Assembly: GCA_035221665.1 (NCBI GenBank) | Contig: CM069140.1 | Span: 54,870,001 to 54,934,000 of the forward strand | Origin: Okamejei kenojei | Taxonomy: Eukaryota | Direction of reading: 5' to 3' | Length of the DNA: 64,000 bases | Shown: positions 12,222-23,574 of the stretch, in pieces | Layout: each line of letters begins with the position of its first letter | Numbering within the stretch: the stretch's first letter is position 1 | The notes under the pieces: model-generated | The model's database searches: none | The model's input: the letters and a program-made list of their open reading frames with translations, nothing else | Told to the model about the DNA's origin: nothing | Translations under genes and position numbers: made by a program

Positions 12222-12443
12222 GATAGACATAAAAAGCTGGAGTAACTCAGCGGGACAGGCAGCATCTCTGGAGAGAAGGAATGGGTGGTGTTTCAGCTCG
12301 ACACCCTTCTTTAGACTGAAGAAAGGTCTCAACCCGAAAAGTAACCCATTCCTTCTCTCCAGAGATGCTGCCTATCCTTTTGAGTTACTCCAGCTTTTTG
12401 TGTCTGTCTTCAGTTTAAACCAGCATATGCAGTTCCTTCCTAC
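12222..12443 (+). mobile_element. Palindromic Penelope-derived mini-element with hammerhead-like core
   Basis: About 95-bp inverted arms centred near 12315; exact 15-bp TSD AAATAAAGAGCTGAA at 12207-12221 and 12444-12458; CTGAAGA-AAGGTCTCAACCC-GAAA at about 12316-12339. Confidence 0.85.
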
Positions 12444-12974
12444 AAATAAAGAGCTGAATGGCATTCAGCAGAACGCCCAGCATCTGACCTGCCAATGCAG
12501 CCGGTACATTGATGGTGGAAAATGTCTATGTTCTCTTTTGTTGAATATGAGCATTGTCTGATAGTTGTGCATAATAAATGTAACTTGCCACTTATCAGCT
12601 CAAGCCAGAATGTGCTGACAGTCTTGCTGATTGTAGATAATGACTGTTTTGTTATCAGAACAAGTTTTACTTGGAAATTAATTTTGTGCAATCACCAGTA
12701 AAGGCCTGATGTCATCAATGTGGTTGTAGATAGACCTAAGACACCATGTTGTGGTACAGCCGTATCAATACATTGGTAATAAGGCTCAGAATTAATATTT
12801 AGCATTGGGGTCAGTCCTGAGGCACATGTCAAATGATCTTTAAATGAGCTAGAGGAATTGTGGCTGTGTTCTAACTTAATGATTAGACTAAAACAACAGT
12901 CTATCCACATACCCACTGAGTTTCTCCAGCATTTTTTGTCTACCCACATTTATTGTTGCTCTATTTTAACATAT

Positions 12975-13262
12975 AACATAGAGAAGTACAGCACAGTAAC
13001 AGACCCTTCGACCCACAATGTCTGTGCCGAACGTGACACCAAGTTAAACTAAACCCCTCACCCTGCACATGATCCATATCTCTCAATTTTCTGCATAACT
13101 GTGTGCCTATCTAAAAGGTTTTTAACCACCACTATCGCATCTGCCTCCACCATCACCCCTTACAGGCTCCCACACCCTTTGTGTAAAAAGCTTGCCCCAC
13201 AAATCTCATTTAAACTCTGAATCTCTCAGCTATGCTCTCTAGTCTTTGACATTTCCAACCTG
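12975..13262 (-). mobile_element. Degraded CR1 3' fragment
   Basis: Matches other minus-strand CR1 3'UTRs (CCCTTCGACCCACAATG, CACATGATCCATATC). Confidence 0.65.
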
Positions 13263-13904
13263 AGAATTTATTTTGCTTTAATTGAATGAAAATAGTAAAT
13301 GTTTAAGGTGGCACGTTAAGCAACAATTGATTTTTTTTCCTTGAAATGCATTAGTGAGCCACCTGGGTTTCATGATAATCCACAAGCTTCATAGTTTCTG
13401 ATACTTAAAACGAAATTGAAAATTCTAAACAGTTACAGTCGTGTTCTTTGAATCAGTTATAGAGTCGAACAGCATAGAAACAGGCCCTTTGGCACATTGT
13501 ATCTATGGCAACCAGCAGGGATCTATCTGTACAGTATAGGTCATTAGAACTTGAATCAATAGATCAGCCACATAGCCAGTAAACATTGGGATAAATTTTG
13601 CACCAGTTTATAAAACGCAGAAATATTCCCATTTTCTATCACGCTTTGTTTTACAGGCGTTGGGCATACGTGAAGGTCACATTGAGTGAAATAGCTATTT
13701 ACAGCCAGTATGGAGAAGAATGGGTCATTTCACAGTCAATCAAGTCTCCACAGAAGATAGTTTCCTATGGGACTCATCAAATGCCAATCTCCACCCACAG
13801 CCCTTCGCCACCTCAAATTCCCTGGCTGCCACAATGTTGTCAACACTTAACATCGTTACGCTTAACAAAGGTCCTACTACAAATATGGTATTCTTTCATC
13901 ATTT

Positions 13905-14005
13905 AGTAGTGATTGGGGATGAACAGCCATGATCACATTGAATGGCGGTGTTGGCTCAAAGGGCCGAATGGCCTACTCCTGCACCTATTGTCTTTTATCT
14001 ATTGA
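13905..14005 (+). mobile_element. Short CR1 3'UTR fragment
   Basis: CAGCCATGATCACATTGAATGGCGG...GGGCCGAATGGCCTACTCCTGCACCTATTG, as in copies B and C. Confidence 0.8.
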
Positions 14006-14846
14006 AGGAAAAAAAAATCATATTGAAAGGCATAGGAAACATCTTGAACTGCCAGTCATTATAGTATGGCTCAAAAATCCTCTTTTTAAGAGTTGCACCT
14101 GATCTAAACACGTGGACCAGATTGCATGTCATAGTTGTTTTCTGATTTCGAAGGTAAGTAAAATTCTGCCATTGCATTCTAAGTAAGTTGACAGTGTATT
14201 TAAGAATATGCCCTACACATTCATACATTGTCAGAGACATCTTCAAATTAGGACATGGACGCTGAAGCAAATATTAAGCAAGGGGCCATTTACTAATAGC
14301 AATAGCATCCTACACCATTTTAATTTGGGAATCTTTTATTGCAATTACTGCATTAATAATAGTTTATGGACAATAATAGATTAATACTGTCACCTCAGGA
14401 ATACTATATGTGACTATGTGCTAGATACATCTAGTGCTACAACTATGATGATGAATGTTTCAGAATGATACTGTTTTGAAACAAAATTTGCAAAGATTGC
14501 TATGGGCTTCGTGAGATGTTCTATGAATAAAGTACCGTTGTCAATTATTAATATTGCCAACTATTTCCTGTAGCTTGGAGACTAAATATGGGAGATATTT
14601 TCCAACTGCAACCACCGAAAATCTAGATAAGGATACCCCAAAATACTTATATCAAAAAAGTAGAAAACTACCTTAGATACTGTAGAATTCTTTGCCACAG
14701 AAGCTGTGAAAGCCAAGTCAATGGATATTTTAAAAAGAGATAGAAAGATTCTTGATTATTACGGGTATCAGGGGTTATGGGGAGAGGCAGAAGATGGGGT
14801 TAGGAGGGCGAGATAGATGAGCCGTGATTAAATGGCGGAGTAAACA

Positions 14847-14847
<1 letters not shown>

Positions 14848-14913
<66 letters not shown>

Positions 14914-14921
14914 TAATAATA
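14848..14921. repeat. (AAT)n microsatellite, tail of the adjacent Rex/Babar LINE
   Basis: Over 20 AAT units; on the minus strand they follow GACAATAAAATATAC. Confidence 0.95.
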
Positions 14922-15420
14922 GTATATTTTATTGTCATTACACATAAGTGCAACGAGATTTGGTTTGCAACTCCATCCGATGTCATAACTTAAACGATTA
15001 ATAAAATTTAGTTTTAGAAACCCCGAGAACAAGGTTTGTGAAAAGAACATTAGAACAGTAAAACAGTCAAAACCAAAATAGACTAAAGTGCAGATGTGTC
15101 TGTGCGACGTGACCATCTGAGGGAGACAGTCCATGGGGGTGTGGGGCACTCAGCAGGGCCGGTCCAGAGCCGCTATAGCTCTGGGAATTAATCTGTTCCT
15201 GAGTCTGGAGGTGCGGGCGTAGAAGGCGTTGTAGCGTCTGCCAGAAGGGAGTAGTTCGAACAGTCCATTACAAGGGTGAGAGGAGTCTTTATGGATGCTG
15301 AAGGACTTCCTAAGGCACCGTGTGTGGTAGATGCCATCCAAGGCTGGTAGCGGTATCCCAATAATCTTTTGCGTTCTGTGGACGACGCGCTGAAGAGCTC
15401 TCCTCTCCACCTCCGTGCAA
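14848..15420 (-). mobile_element. Rex1/Babar-type LINE 3' end inserted into a CR1 3'UTR (14685-14847 and 15421-15472)
   Basis: ERRALQRVV...IYHTRCLRK...SHPCNGLFELLPSGRRY...RTSRLRN, typical of the Rex/Babar ORF end. CR1 3'UTR continues on both sides. Confidence 0.85.
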
Positions 15421-17009
15421 ATGACCAAAGGGCCAAATGGCCTAATTCTGCTCCTATCACTCATGACCTTATGCAATACTATTATGCACCAATTTGCTAA
15501 ACAAAATCTACTGTTTAAAGTTGGCCAAAGGAACAAATAGTTTATATTGTATTGAATTCTATTCTAGAAATTCTGTCATACTCTAAATAAATTGCCACAC
15601 TATTTAAGGAAATGCCTACATATTGATGTGCCATGAAGGACCTCTCCAAATTTAGGATATAATTATGTAGCGAACATTAATCACGACCTTCTTCCAAGCA
15701 AAAAGCAGTTTACATTTCAATTTTGCAAACTTAGCTCAAAATAGTCAATTATTATAATTATCCTATTTTATTTTTGGTAAATCCAGCATGTCTAACAAGT
15801 ACATTCAAGTTATTTCATATTTCAGTTTCAGGATTAATACAGGCATTTAATAAAGATAAAATTCAAAGTTTATTTTTCATCAAATTCAAAGACACGCTGT
15901 GAAACATGTGTTGTTATTGTTTATATTGTTTAAAAAAAAAATGACAGCCAGTGAATATAAATAAAATATAGCATGATTTAACATTTAATATTGTTCAATA
16001 AATGGCCCATACTTATTGTCATATATGATGCACCAGATTAAGTGATATTGCGTGATTGCACCTCTGATATTGCGTGAGTGTCATCTGATTGCACGGAGCG
16101 TTGGTAACTTCAGTAACTTCTCTACATCATTTATCAAAGGGGTTGAAGTTAATTTCACTGTTCATCTCTCTTTCCTGAGTTGAACATGGACACGCATTGA
16201 TAGTGTTGGGAAAGTCCACAGTCAGCTTTCTCGCAGTCAATCTGATGAAGAGATTAGTGCGGGCTAACTTTGAAGACAAGAAAATAAGGAAACGTTGTTA
16301 TCCAAATAATGCCAAAGTGAACTTCCTGTTCCAAACTGTTTACCAATTCACAGTTGACCAATTGGAGAAATTGGTTTAATTCACACAATTTTGAGTACAG
16401 AGTGAAATAATTTAAAAAAATTGATTTCCCTCATTCTTGTTAGTCATTGAATTAAGCAAGAAGGAGATTTTGTTGGATCGTATGAGTACTCAGTTAAAAA
16501 TTCTGATTGAAACTGATGATTATATCCACAGTTATTTAAATTAGTTTATGTTTCTGCCAGTTACAGCAATCATAAGTGAAACTCACGCATTTGGTCAACA
16601 ATATTGAAACAACGGGAATTTCCTCCTCCCCCCCATCCTTCCTCCAATATACTTCCAACTAATTGCTCAAGAACAAGCTTGAGGAGCTTAGCTAGACTCT
16701 ACTGTTTTAAAGTGATATCAAGGAGTGCTGTGTTCTTTGTTTCACTGAAACATGGCTCATCCCTGGGCCATGGTGTACAACCTGAGGTTTTCTCCATTTA
16801 TCTTATGGACCAGACAACATCCTTAGGCAAGGGGAAAGGTGACAGTGTCTGTAATTTGGTCAATGCTTCGTCAAGCACTGAAGCGACGTCTTAGCTCAGT
16901 TCTGCTATTCTGACCGGGAATACCAGTCCACAAAGTGCTGTCCCTTTTACCTACTTTGGGAATGTAGCTTGTCAGCAGTCTACACACACCAAAGTGGCAC
17001 TGATGAATT

Positions 17010-17260
17010 ACATTTGATCTTCAACTCTCTTGAAATGACAAACCCTCATGCCCTGTTCATCATCCCTGGTGACATTAATCCAGCTAACTTCATGGACGTA
17101 CTTCCCAAATACCTTCAGCATGCCTCCTGCCTCACATGAGGCCTTAACGCTCAAGACCACTGCGACACCACCGTCAACCTTCTTGGCATCCATATCGCCA
17201 GCAACCCAGTCTGATCCCTTCACACTGACCCGATGATCAAAAGAACACATCAGCATATCC
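17010..17260 (+). pseudogene. Old Rex/Babar-type endonuclease fragment
   Basis: Translates as NPHALFIIPGDINPANFMDVLPKYLQHASCLT*GLNAQDHC, resembling the APE GDFN...LDHCY region. Confidence 0.6.
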
Positions 17261-17797
17261 TACCAAATATTCATGACTGAATCTCAGCTATATCACCTTT
17301 GGCATTGTGACAGTAGTTTAAATTCTTAACTCAGGAGATTTCCTTGTGGCATCCACGACCTGACAGATCATAGAAAAAAAAAACAAATTATCTTGGAAGA
17401 AATTAGTTTACTGTAGAGTCAGTGTGGGCTAGAATATGGTTGAAATAGCAGAAATGCTATTTGAAACTCGGCAATGCTCATACAGTCTACAGCAAAAAAA
17501 GGGGTCTTCTACCCACAGAGCCCACACAACCATCAATCATCCAGCTGCATTGATCTCATTATTTTTCTCTGCACATTATCATCAACTCCCTTCAGATTCT
17601 ACCACTCGCTAGGGGCAATTTGCAGTGGGGCAATTTACAGTGGCCAAATGAACCAGCAATTCACATGTTTATAAGACGTGCAAGCGTAATAGAGTACGCA
17701 AAGAAAACGCATATGATCACAGAGAGAACATGGACATTACAAACAGACAACTACCAAGTTCACGATTGAACCTGTGTCTGATGTTGTGAGGCAGTAG

Positions 17798-18207
17798 TTC
17801 ATAAGATTATGTGATAGGAGTAGAATTAGGCCATTTAGCCCATCAAGTCTACTCCGCTATTCAATCATGGCTGATCTATCTCTCCCTCCTAACCCCATTC
17901 CCCTGCCTACTCCCCATAACCTCTGACATCCATACTAATTAAGAAGCTATCTATTCCTGCCTTAAATATATCCACTGACTGCCTCCACAGCCTTCTGTGG
18001 CAAAGAATTCCACAGATTACCACTCTCTACCTATAGAAATTCCTCCTTATCTCCTTCCTAAAAGAATGTTATTTAATTCTGAGGCTATGACCTCCAGTTC
18101 TAGACTCTCCCACTAGTAGAAACATCCTCTCCACATCCATTCTATCCAAGCCTTTCACTACTCTGATGGTTTCAATGAGGTCCCCCTCATTCTTCGAAAC
18201 TCCAGCG
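17798..18207 (-). mobile_element. CR1 3' fragment
   Basis: RT C-terminal and 3'UTR match (GAATTCCACAGA, CTAGACTCTCCCACTAG). Confidence 0.8.
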
Positions 18208-18345
18208 AAACTCGCCACTGCCATCGGGAAGAAGGTACAGGAGCCTGAAAACTGTAACGCCCAGGTTCAGGAACAGCTTCTCCCCTACAGCCACCAGGTT
18301 ATTAAACACTACAACTTCATATAAGCTCTGAACTACAATAGACTA

Positions 18346-19177
18346 TCTATATAATTAAAAGTCTAAACTTGACCACTTCTTGTTTGCACTGTATATTGAT
18401 TTTTGAAAAAACACGATCACTTATCGCTGTGATTTTTGGCCACCTTACTCAGAGTCCCCCTCCAGCTATCAGGGCCAGAGGATTTTTCCCATCAATAAAA
18501 AATAAAAGACTTATTAATGTTTAAAATATGTTGAGATTCTCTCTCCTGTCAATCAAGCCATGAAGGCCACACCCCGTTCGGTGGGTTGTGGGGAAGAGCA
18601 AGAAAACCCGGAAGTGTGGGCGTGGCTCAGTCTCTGCAAGATGGGGAAGGGAGAGGGTCACGACTCTCAGTCTGAGCTGGAAATCTACAGAACACTGAGA
18701 ATACTGACCTGTGAGTGCTCTTTATGTGTTTTTAAACTGTGCCTTGCAACTGTGCCTATTGAAATATGTGCCTTTTGCGACAGTGTGCTTTTTGAAAAAG
18801 ATGAAAATGTCTAAAATTGATTTCCACCCTCTCCCCCTTCTCTCTCGCAGTCTCTCACCTGTTTTTGGCAGAATTTCTGGCAGTTTCTGAGCTGCCAGCC
18901 TGTCAGGCCTGAGTTACTGAGCTGCCAGGCCTGAGTTACTGAGCTGCCAGGCCTGAGTGACTGAGCTGCCAGCCAAGAATTAATTTGTCCCACAATGGCC
19001 ATACTAGCCCTCTGGAAACTAATCCCTTTGGCCCACAACACCCATGCTAATGCTCCAGGAACACCCCCCCCCCCCCCCCCCACCACACTGTCCAGCAATC
19101 TTGGAATTGGTAGAGAGGTGGACTATTGCGTTGGGGGTCCAGCCCTCCCATGTGAACATGGGTCCCACTTAATGTAG
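18346..19177 (+). mobile_element. Non-autonomous Helitron copy 1
   Basis: Starts A|TCTATATAATTAAAAG and ends GGGTCCCACTTAATGTAG|T (degenerate CTAG, hairpin partly deleted). No TSD. Homologous to copy 2. Confidence 0.75.
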
Positions 19178-19180
19178 TTA

Positions 19181-19964
19181 TCTAGATAATTAAAAGCCTA
19201 ATCTTAACCACTTCCTGTTTTCGCTGTATATTGATTTTAGAAGAAATGCTACCACTTCCGGTTGTGATTTTTGGCCTTGTGATCTTACTCAGAGTACCCC
19301 TCTGCTCATCAGGGCCAGATGATTTTTCACATCGATGAAAAATGAAAGACATATTAATGTTTAAAAACGGTTGAGATTCTCTCTCCTGTCAATCATGCCA
19401 TGAAGACCATGCCCCTTCCGGTGGGAGGGGAGAGGGACTATTAAACACGGAAGAGTGGACGTGGCTCAGTATTTGCAAGATGGAGGAGGGAGAGGTCATG
19501 ACTGAGTCTGAGCTGTGAATAAACTAAACACACTGAATGTCTACTGAACTGTGAGTGTGTTTCATGGTATGAAACTGCACTTGAATTTGGTGGCCTTGCA
19601 CCCTGCTTGAAATGGTATGAAACTGAATTTGAATTTGGTGGCCTTGCACCCTGCTTGAAGTGGTATGAAACTGCACTTGAATTTGGTGGCCTTGCACCCT
19701 GCTTGAAGTGGTAGGAAACTGCACTTGAATTTGGTGGCCTTGAGTGACTGAGCTGCCAGCCCAAGAATCCACTCGGCCCACAATGTCCATATTAGCCCTC
19801 TGGAAACCAGTCCCTTCAGCCCACAATACCCACTCTAACACTCCAGAAAGCCGCCCCACCCTCACTGGCCACCAATATTGGAATTGTTGGAGAGGTGGAA
19901 TATTGTGTTGGGGGACCAGCCCTCCCGTGTGAACATGGGACCCAACGGTTCCCACTTAGTCTAG
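19181..19964 (+). mobile_element. Non-autonomous Helitron copy 2
   Basis: 5' A|TC, 3' CTAG|T and subterminal hairpin TGGGACCCAACGGTTCCCA (19936-19954): canonical Helitron hallmarks. Confidence 0.85.
19566..19742. repeat. 48-bp minisatellite (~3.7 copies) inside Helitron copy 2
   Basis: Unit TGGTATGAAACTGCACTTGAATTTGGTGGCCTTGCACCCTGCTTGAAR; it produces the 16-aa repeats in the overlapping ORFs. Confidence 0.95.
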
Positions 19965-20440
19965 TTATTATTATTATTGTACTATTATGGTTTTTTTTGA
20001 GCATGTGTGTATGTGTATATATACACACTGAACTTTTATTTTCTCACTCTCGTTTATCATATCATACTATGTTTACATATTCTGTTGAGCTGCAGCAAGT
20101 AAGAATTTCATTGTTCTATCTGGCACAAATGACAATAAAACACTCTTGACTCTAGAATATAGACCCAGTGCCATCAAAAGCTATTTAACTGCTCGATTAC
20201 CTGCACCTCTGTTACCTGTGCAGATTTCCCTGCTGGCACAGCTATCTCCTTCCAGCATCCATATCAGTAGTATCAGTGCTAGATTGAAACTACAAAACCA
20301 TCTTTAGCATTCTAGGTCCGTTGAATTCTGTGCCTGATTTTGTACATTCCTGCAAGCCTTGACCTCTCACCTTCCAGTTTTAGGTGAGGGACTGCCTGAT
20401 TAATTTAAATGAGGTTACCTTCAGCATCTTGGCCACAGAT

Positions 20441-20710
20441 TATATAACCATATAACCATATAACAATTACAGCACGGAAACAGGCCCTCTCGGCCCTTCC
20501 AGTCCGTGCCGACCATTTGTTTTCCCCTAGTCCCATCTACCTGCACTCAGACCATACCCCTCCATTCCCTTCACGTCCATACCTATCCACTTTACTCTTA
20601 AATGTTAAAATCGATCCTGCCTCCACCACTTCTGCTGGAAGCTGATTCCACACAGCCACCACCCTCTGAGTAAAAAAGTTCCCCCTCACGTTACCCCGAA
20701 ACCTCTGTCC
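20441..20710 (-). mobile_element. CR1 3' fragment of the same young subfamily as copy A
   Basis: Near-identical reverse complement of about 4653-4919, including the (GTTATATG)n tail. Confidence 0.9.
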
Positions 20711-22261
20711 CATTACATTGCCCTTTAACAGTGAACCCAATGAATCCCATTGCATGGATCGACAGACTGTGGGCTTTCTAATAGGAAGGAAAGACCTCTT
20801 CAGATCATTAGTTGTACCAAAATGATGATTCCAATTTCAGTTCTGCCATAAACATTCAACAGTGAAATATTTGACCTTCTAGATCTAACTACATTTCAGT
20901 TGCTTGATTGTTGGAACCGAATGATATCAATTCACGATCAAACATTTCCTGTCTGTGATAACAAAAAGCTACTGATAAATATCCATAACCATAATTTCTA
21001 TGTTTGTGAGTAGCAAACATAACAGATTGATAAGATTACTGTATTAAATAAGTTTGGCCTGTTTATTTTAAATGAATAATTGCCTTCAATGAAATAGAGG
21101 GCAAACTAAGATTCACCTTTTAGTATTTCTATCCCATACAATGCCCAAATCTGCTTTCTGAGTTTCCTAAATGTAAAGGTAGGAGAATGTAACATGGTGT
21201 GACTGATCTCAATGGTCTGTAGCTCACATAGGAAAGTCATTACAATATTGAGCCAGCAATACTCTATTGATATCACATTTTTACCTTAATTTCCCCAAAT
21301 GTGTTTTTTTTAAAGACTTATTCAGTTTTATAGAACCAGGTTAAGAAATCAACCCCTTAATAAAGTGTAGAGTAACACAATAGTTATGTTACTGCACGAG
21401 TAATCTTTCAGTGATGATTCCATTATAATTTAAATGTCATTTTGGCAACCAGGTGTTCAAATTCAATTAATGAAATAAATCTATTATAAAAAGCTGGTAT
21501 CGATAAGGGTGACTATGAAATCATCATATCAGTAAAATAACAATTAAACAGTTTGGAATGAAACTTCCTTGGTACGCGTCACAACAACAGATTCCCAGAC
21601 TTGCACCAAATAGTTTAGCAAAATCACCAATTTGAAGGGTAGAATGAGCTAATGTTTGGTAACTCAAATTTCACTGTACCTTAACTGGTACATGTGACAA
21701 TAAACTGACCTTGAAACCTTGAAACATCTTGTGAGTGAATAAAACAAAATAGTAAGATTAAACGAGAACTTACCAGTTTGAAGTTTGATCTTGATTTTGT
21801 GAGGAGTTACGTTGGTGATTACGTGAAGAAGACCCGTCAGGCCGCATGCGCGTCAATCTTCAAAGCAGCGGTATGAAATCACAAATAACAACACCGAAGT
21901 GACATAGTAAGATGCGTGACTCGAGAACTGCCAGATGATCCTTTATGAGAGAGGGTTGGGCGTGGCGGGCACGTAATCACCAACGTAACTACTCATAAAA
22001 TCAAGATCAAACTTCAAACTGGTAAGTTCTCGTTTAACCTTACTATTTTACTTCGGAATCACGTGAGTGATTCTGTGAAGAGTTCAAAGCTTTGTGATTT
22101 CATGCCGCAGATTACAAATCCCGGCATCCCACTGCATTGATTGACTTGAATGAGAAATTAATGCATTAGTAGTAACATTGCATTTAATGCAGTAATAAGG
22201 TTTATTTAAAAATATAAACAAACAACAGTACCCCTCTATCCCAGGGCACTTTAAACAGAAC

Positions 22262-23188
22262 TTAAACAGAACTTAAAATAGCATTGGCAAACAGCCCTGG
22301 ATCGGCAATCGGCCGATGATAGAAATTCTGAGACATCAGCTCATTTGCCCATCCGGCGGCCGCCAAAATGTGGTCGACGGGGATGTCCCTCGCCTTGGCC
22401 GCCGATGTAGCTGCTGCTCTGGTGGAATGAGATGTGAACACATCAGTGTTAATACCTGCATCAATCAAGACTTGTTTCAGCCATCTCGAAATAGTATTAA
22501 CTGACACTCTCTTATGTGTGTTTTTTTATAACTGATAAACAATCCTGTCTCCATGTTACATAAACCCTCTGTAGCTGCAATGTATTGCATCAAATGTGTT
22601 TTTACGCATAAGGATGGATCCGTGGGATATGCTGAAAACACTATTTAAAACCCTGTGACACCTGGCCTGCTTTGTTTGAGGAGGTCGTAAATGTAAAACG
22701 TAACATTGTCTGCAGCAGTTTCCATTCTATCTAGCTGTGATTTTTGTAACGTCTGAACTCTTTGTGCTGAAACCAATGCCATAAGCATGGCCACCTTCAT
22801 GGTGATTTTGGTCAAAAACAAAGACGAGACAGGAACCCACTCACGCACTAAGGACCATACTCACATCCCAAATTGCCATTTATCTAGGTTTGGGAGGTCT
22901 GGAATTAAAAATCCCTTTCATTAACCGAACAACGAGAGGGTGAGATCCAATAGAATGTTTGTCTGACTTCATCACTAAATACGATGATAAAACACTTCTC
23001 GCTGTATAGATTGCACTATAACTTAGTCCTTCATCATAGTAGAGGGTTGACAGAAACTCTAGAACATGCGAAATACGTGCTGTACAATAGTCAATATTAT
23101 TTTGTACACAGTAAGCTTCCCATTTTTTTACATAACAAATATACTGCTTTTGAGTACTCGATCTCCAAGATGCAGTAAGCATGTCCAC
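22262..23188 (-). pseudogene. DIRS tyrosine recombinase, frameshifted
   Basis: N-terminal WRSSTQKQY...LEFLSTLYYDEGLSYSAIYTARSVLS; box I SAQRVQTL; box II HSTRAAATS...AAGW...FY, split over three ORFs. Confidence 0.9.
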
Positions 23189-23276
23189 AGTTCAACTCGA
23201 CAATCCATGCCCCAGATATGGCCTTCTTAAAATCTGCAAATTAACAAATCAATACGGTCATACAACGGATGGCCAC

Positions 23277-23528
23277 TTACCGGATGCACCAATAAATCCC
23301 TTTGTTGGGAACAGCCATCAGGGGTTGTGTCATCAGCTGCAAGATCAAAGGGTGCCATGGCTGGGTAGGCCTGTCGGGTATCACCAGTACCCCTGAAGCA
23401 TCATCCTGCTGGATTTTAAGCAGACAATGATTTATGATACAGAACGGTGGAAATGCATATATATACATACCACCACAATGCAGTGAGAAAGCGTCAATCA
23501 CTACTGCCCCAGGATCTGGTTCCCAATT
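23277..23528 (-). pseudogene. DIRS pol C-terminal DNA N6-adenine methyltransferase-like domain fragment
   Basis: WEPDPGAVVIDAF...YAFPPF...VLVIPDRPTQPW, the DAF/FPPF/PxWPxQPW pattern of DIRS MT domains. Confidence 0.8.
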
Positions 23529-23574
23529 ACTCACGTGACTCCGACGTAAAATCTATCCATTAGAGTCTTTAAGC

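Larger units (their letters stand above)
18210..20152 (+). mobile_element. Rex/Babar 3' end split by two Helitron insertions
   Basis: LPSGRRYRSLKTVTPRFRNSFSPTA at 18218-18295. The 3'UTR resumes at 19965 and ends ATGACAATAAAACACTCTTGACTC. Confidence 0.75.
21748..23552 (-). mobile_element. Internally deleted DIRS1-type tyrosine-recombinase retrotransposon
   Basis: Right terminus 21748-21825 is complementary to ICR part 21970-22047 (75/78). ICR 22043-22068 matches the left terminus 23529-23552. Methyltransferase-like and YR coding remnants lie between. Confidence 0.9.

Noticed and set aside
12222-12443. MITE or pre-miRNA interpretation of the palindrome
   Set aside because: The 15-bp TSD, asymmetric 3' extension, variable inversion centre and linkage to Penelope ORFs fit a retroelement better than a TIR transposon or miRNA.
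14775-15149. ORF with a poly-tyrosine run
   Set aside because: Translation of the (TAT)n LINE tail.
19566-19742. CRISPR-like repeat array
   Set aside because: The units are directly tandem with no unique spacers, and the context is eukaryotic with no cas genes.
19441-19955. Overlapping ORFs with 16-aa repeats (e.g. ARPPNSSAVSYHFKQG)
   Set aside because: They are translations of the 48-bp minisatellite in a Helitron and are open in several frames.
21400-21530. Possible ancient Deu-type SINE remnant
   Set aside because: Resemblance is too degraded to support without an alignment.
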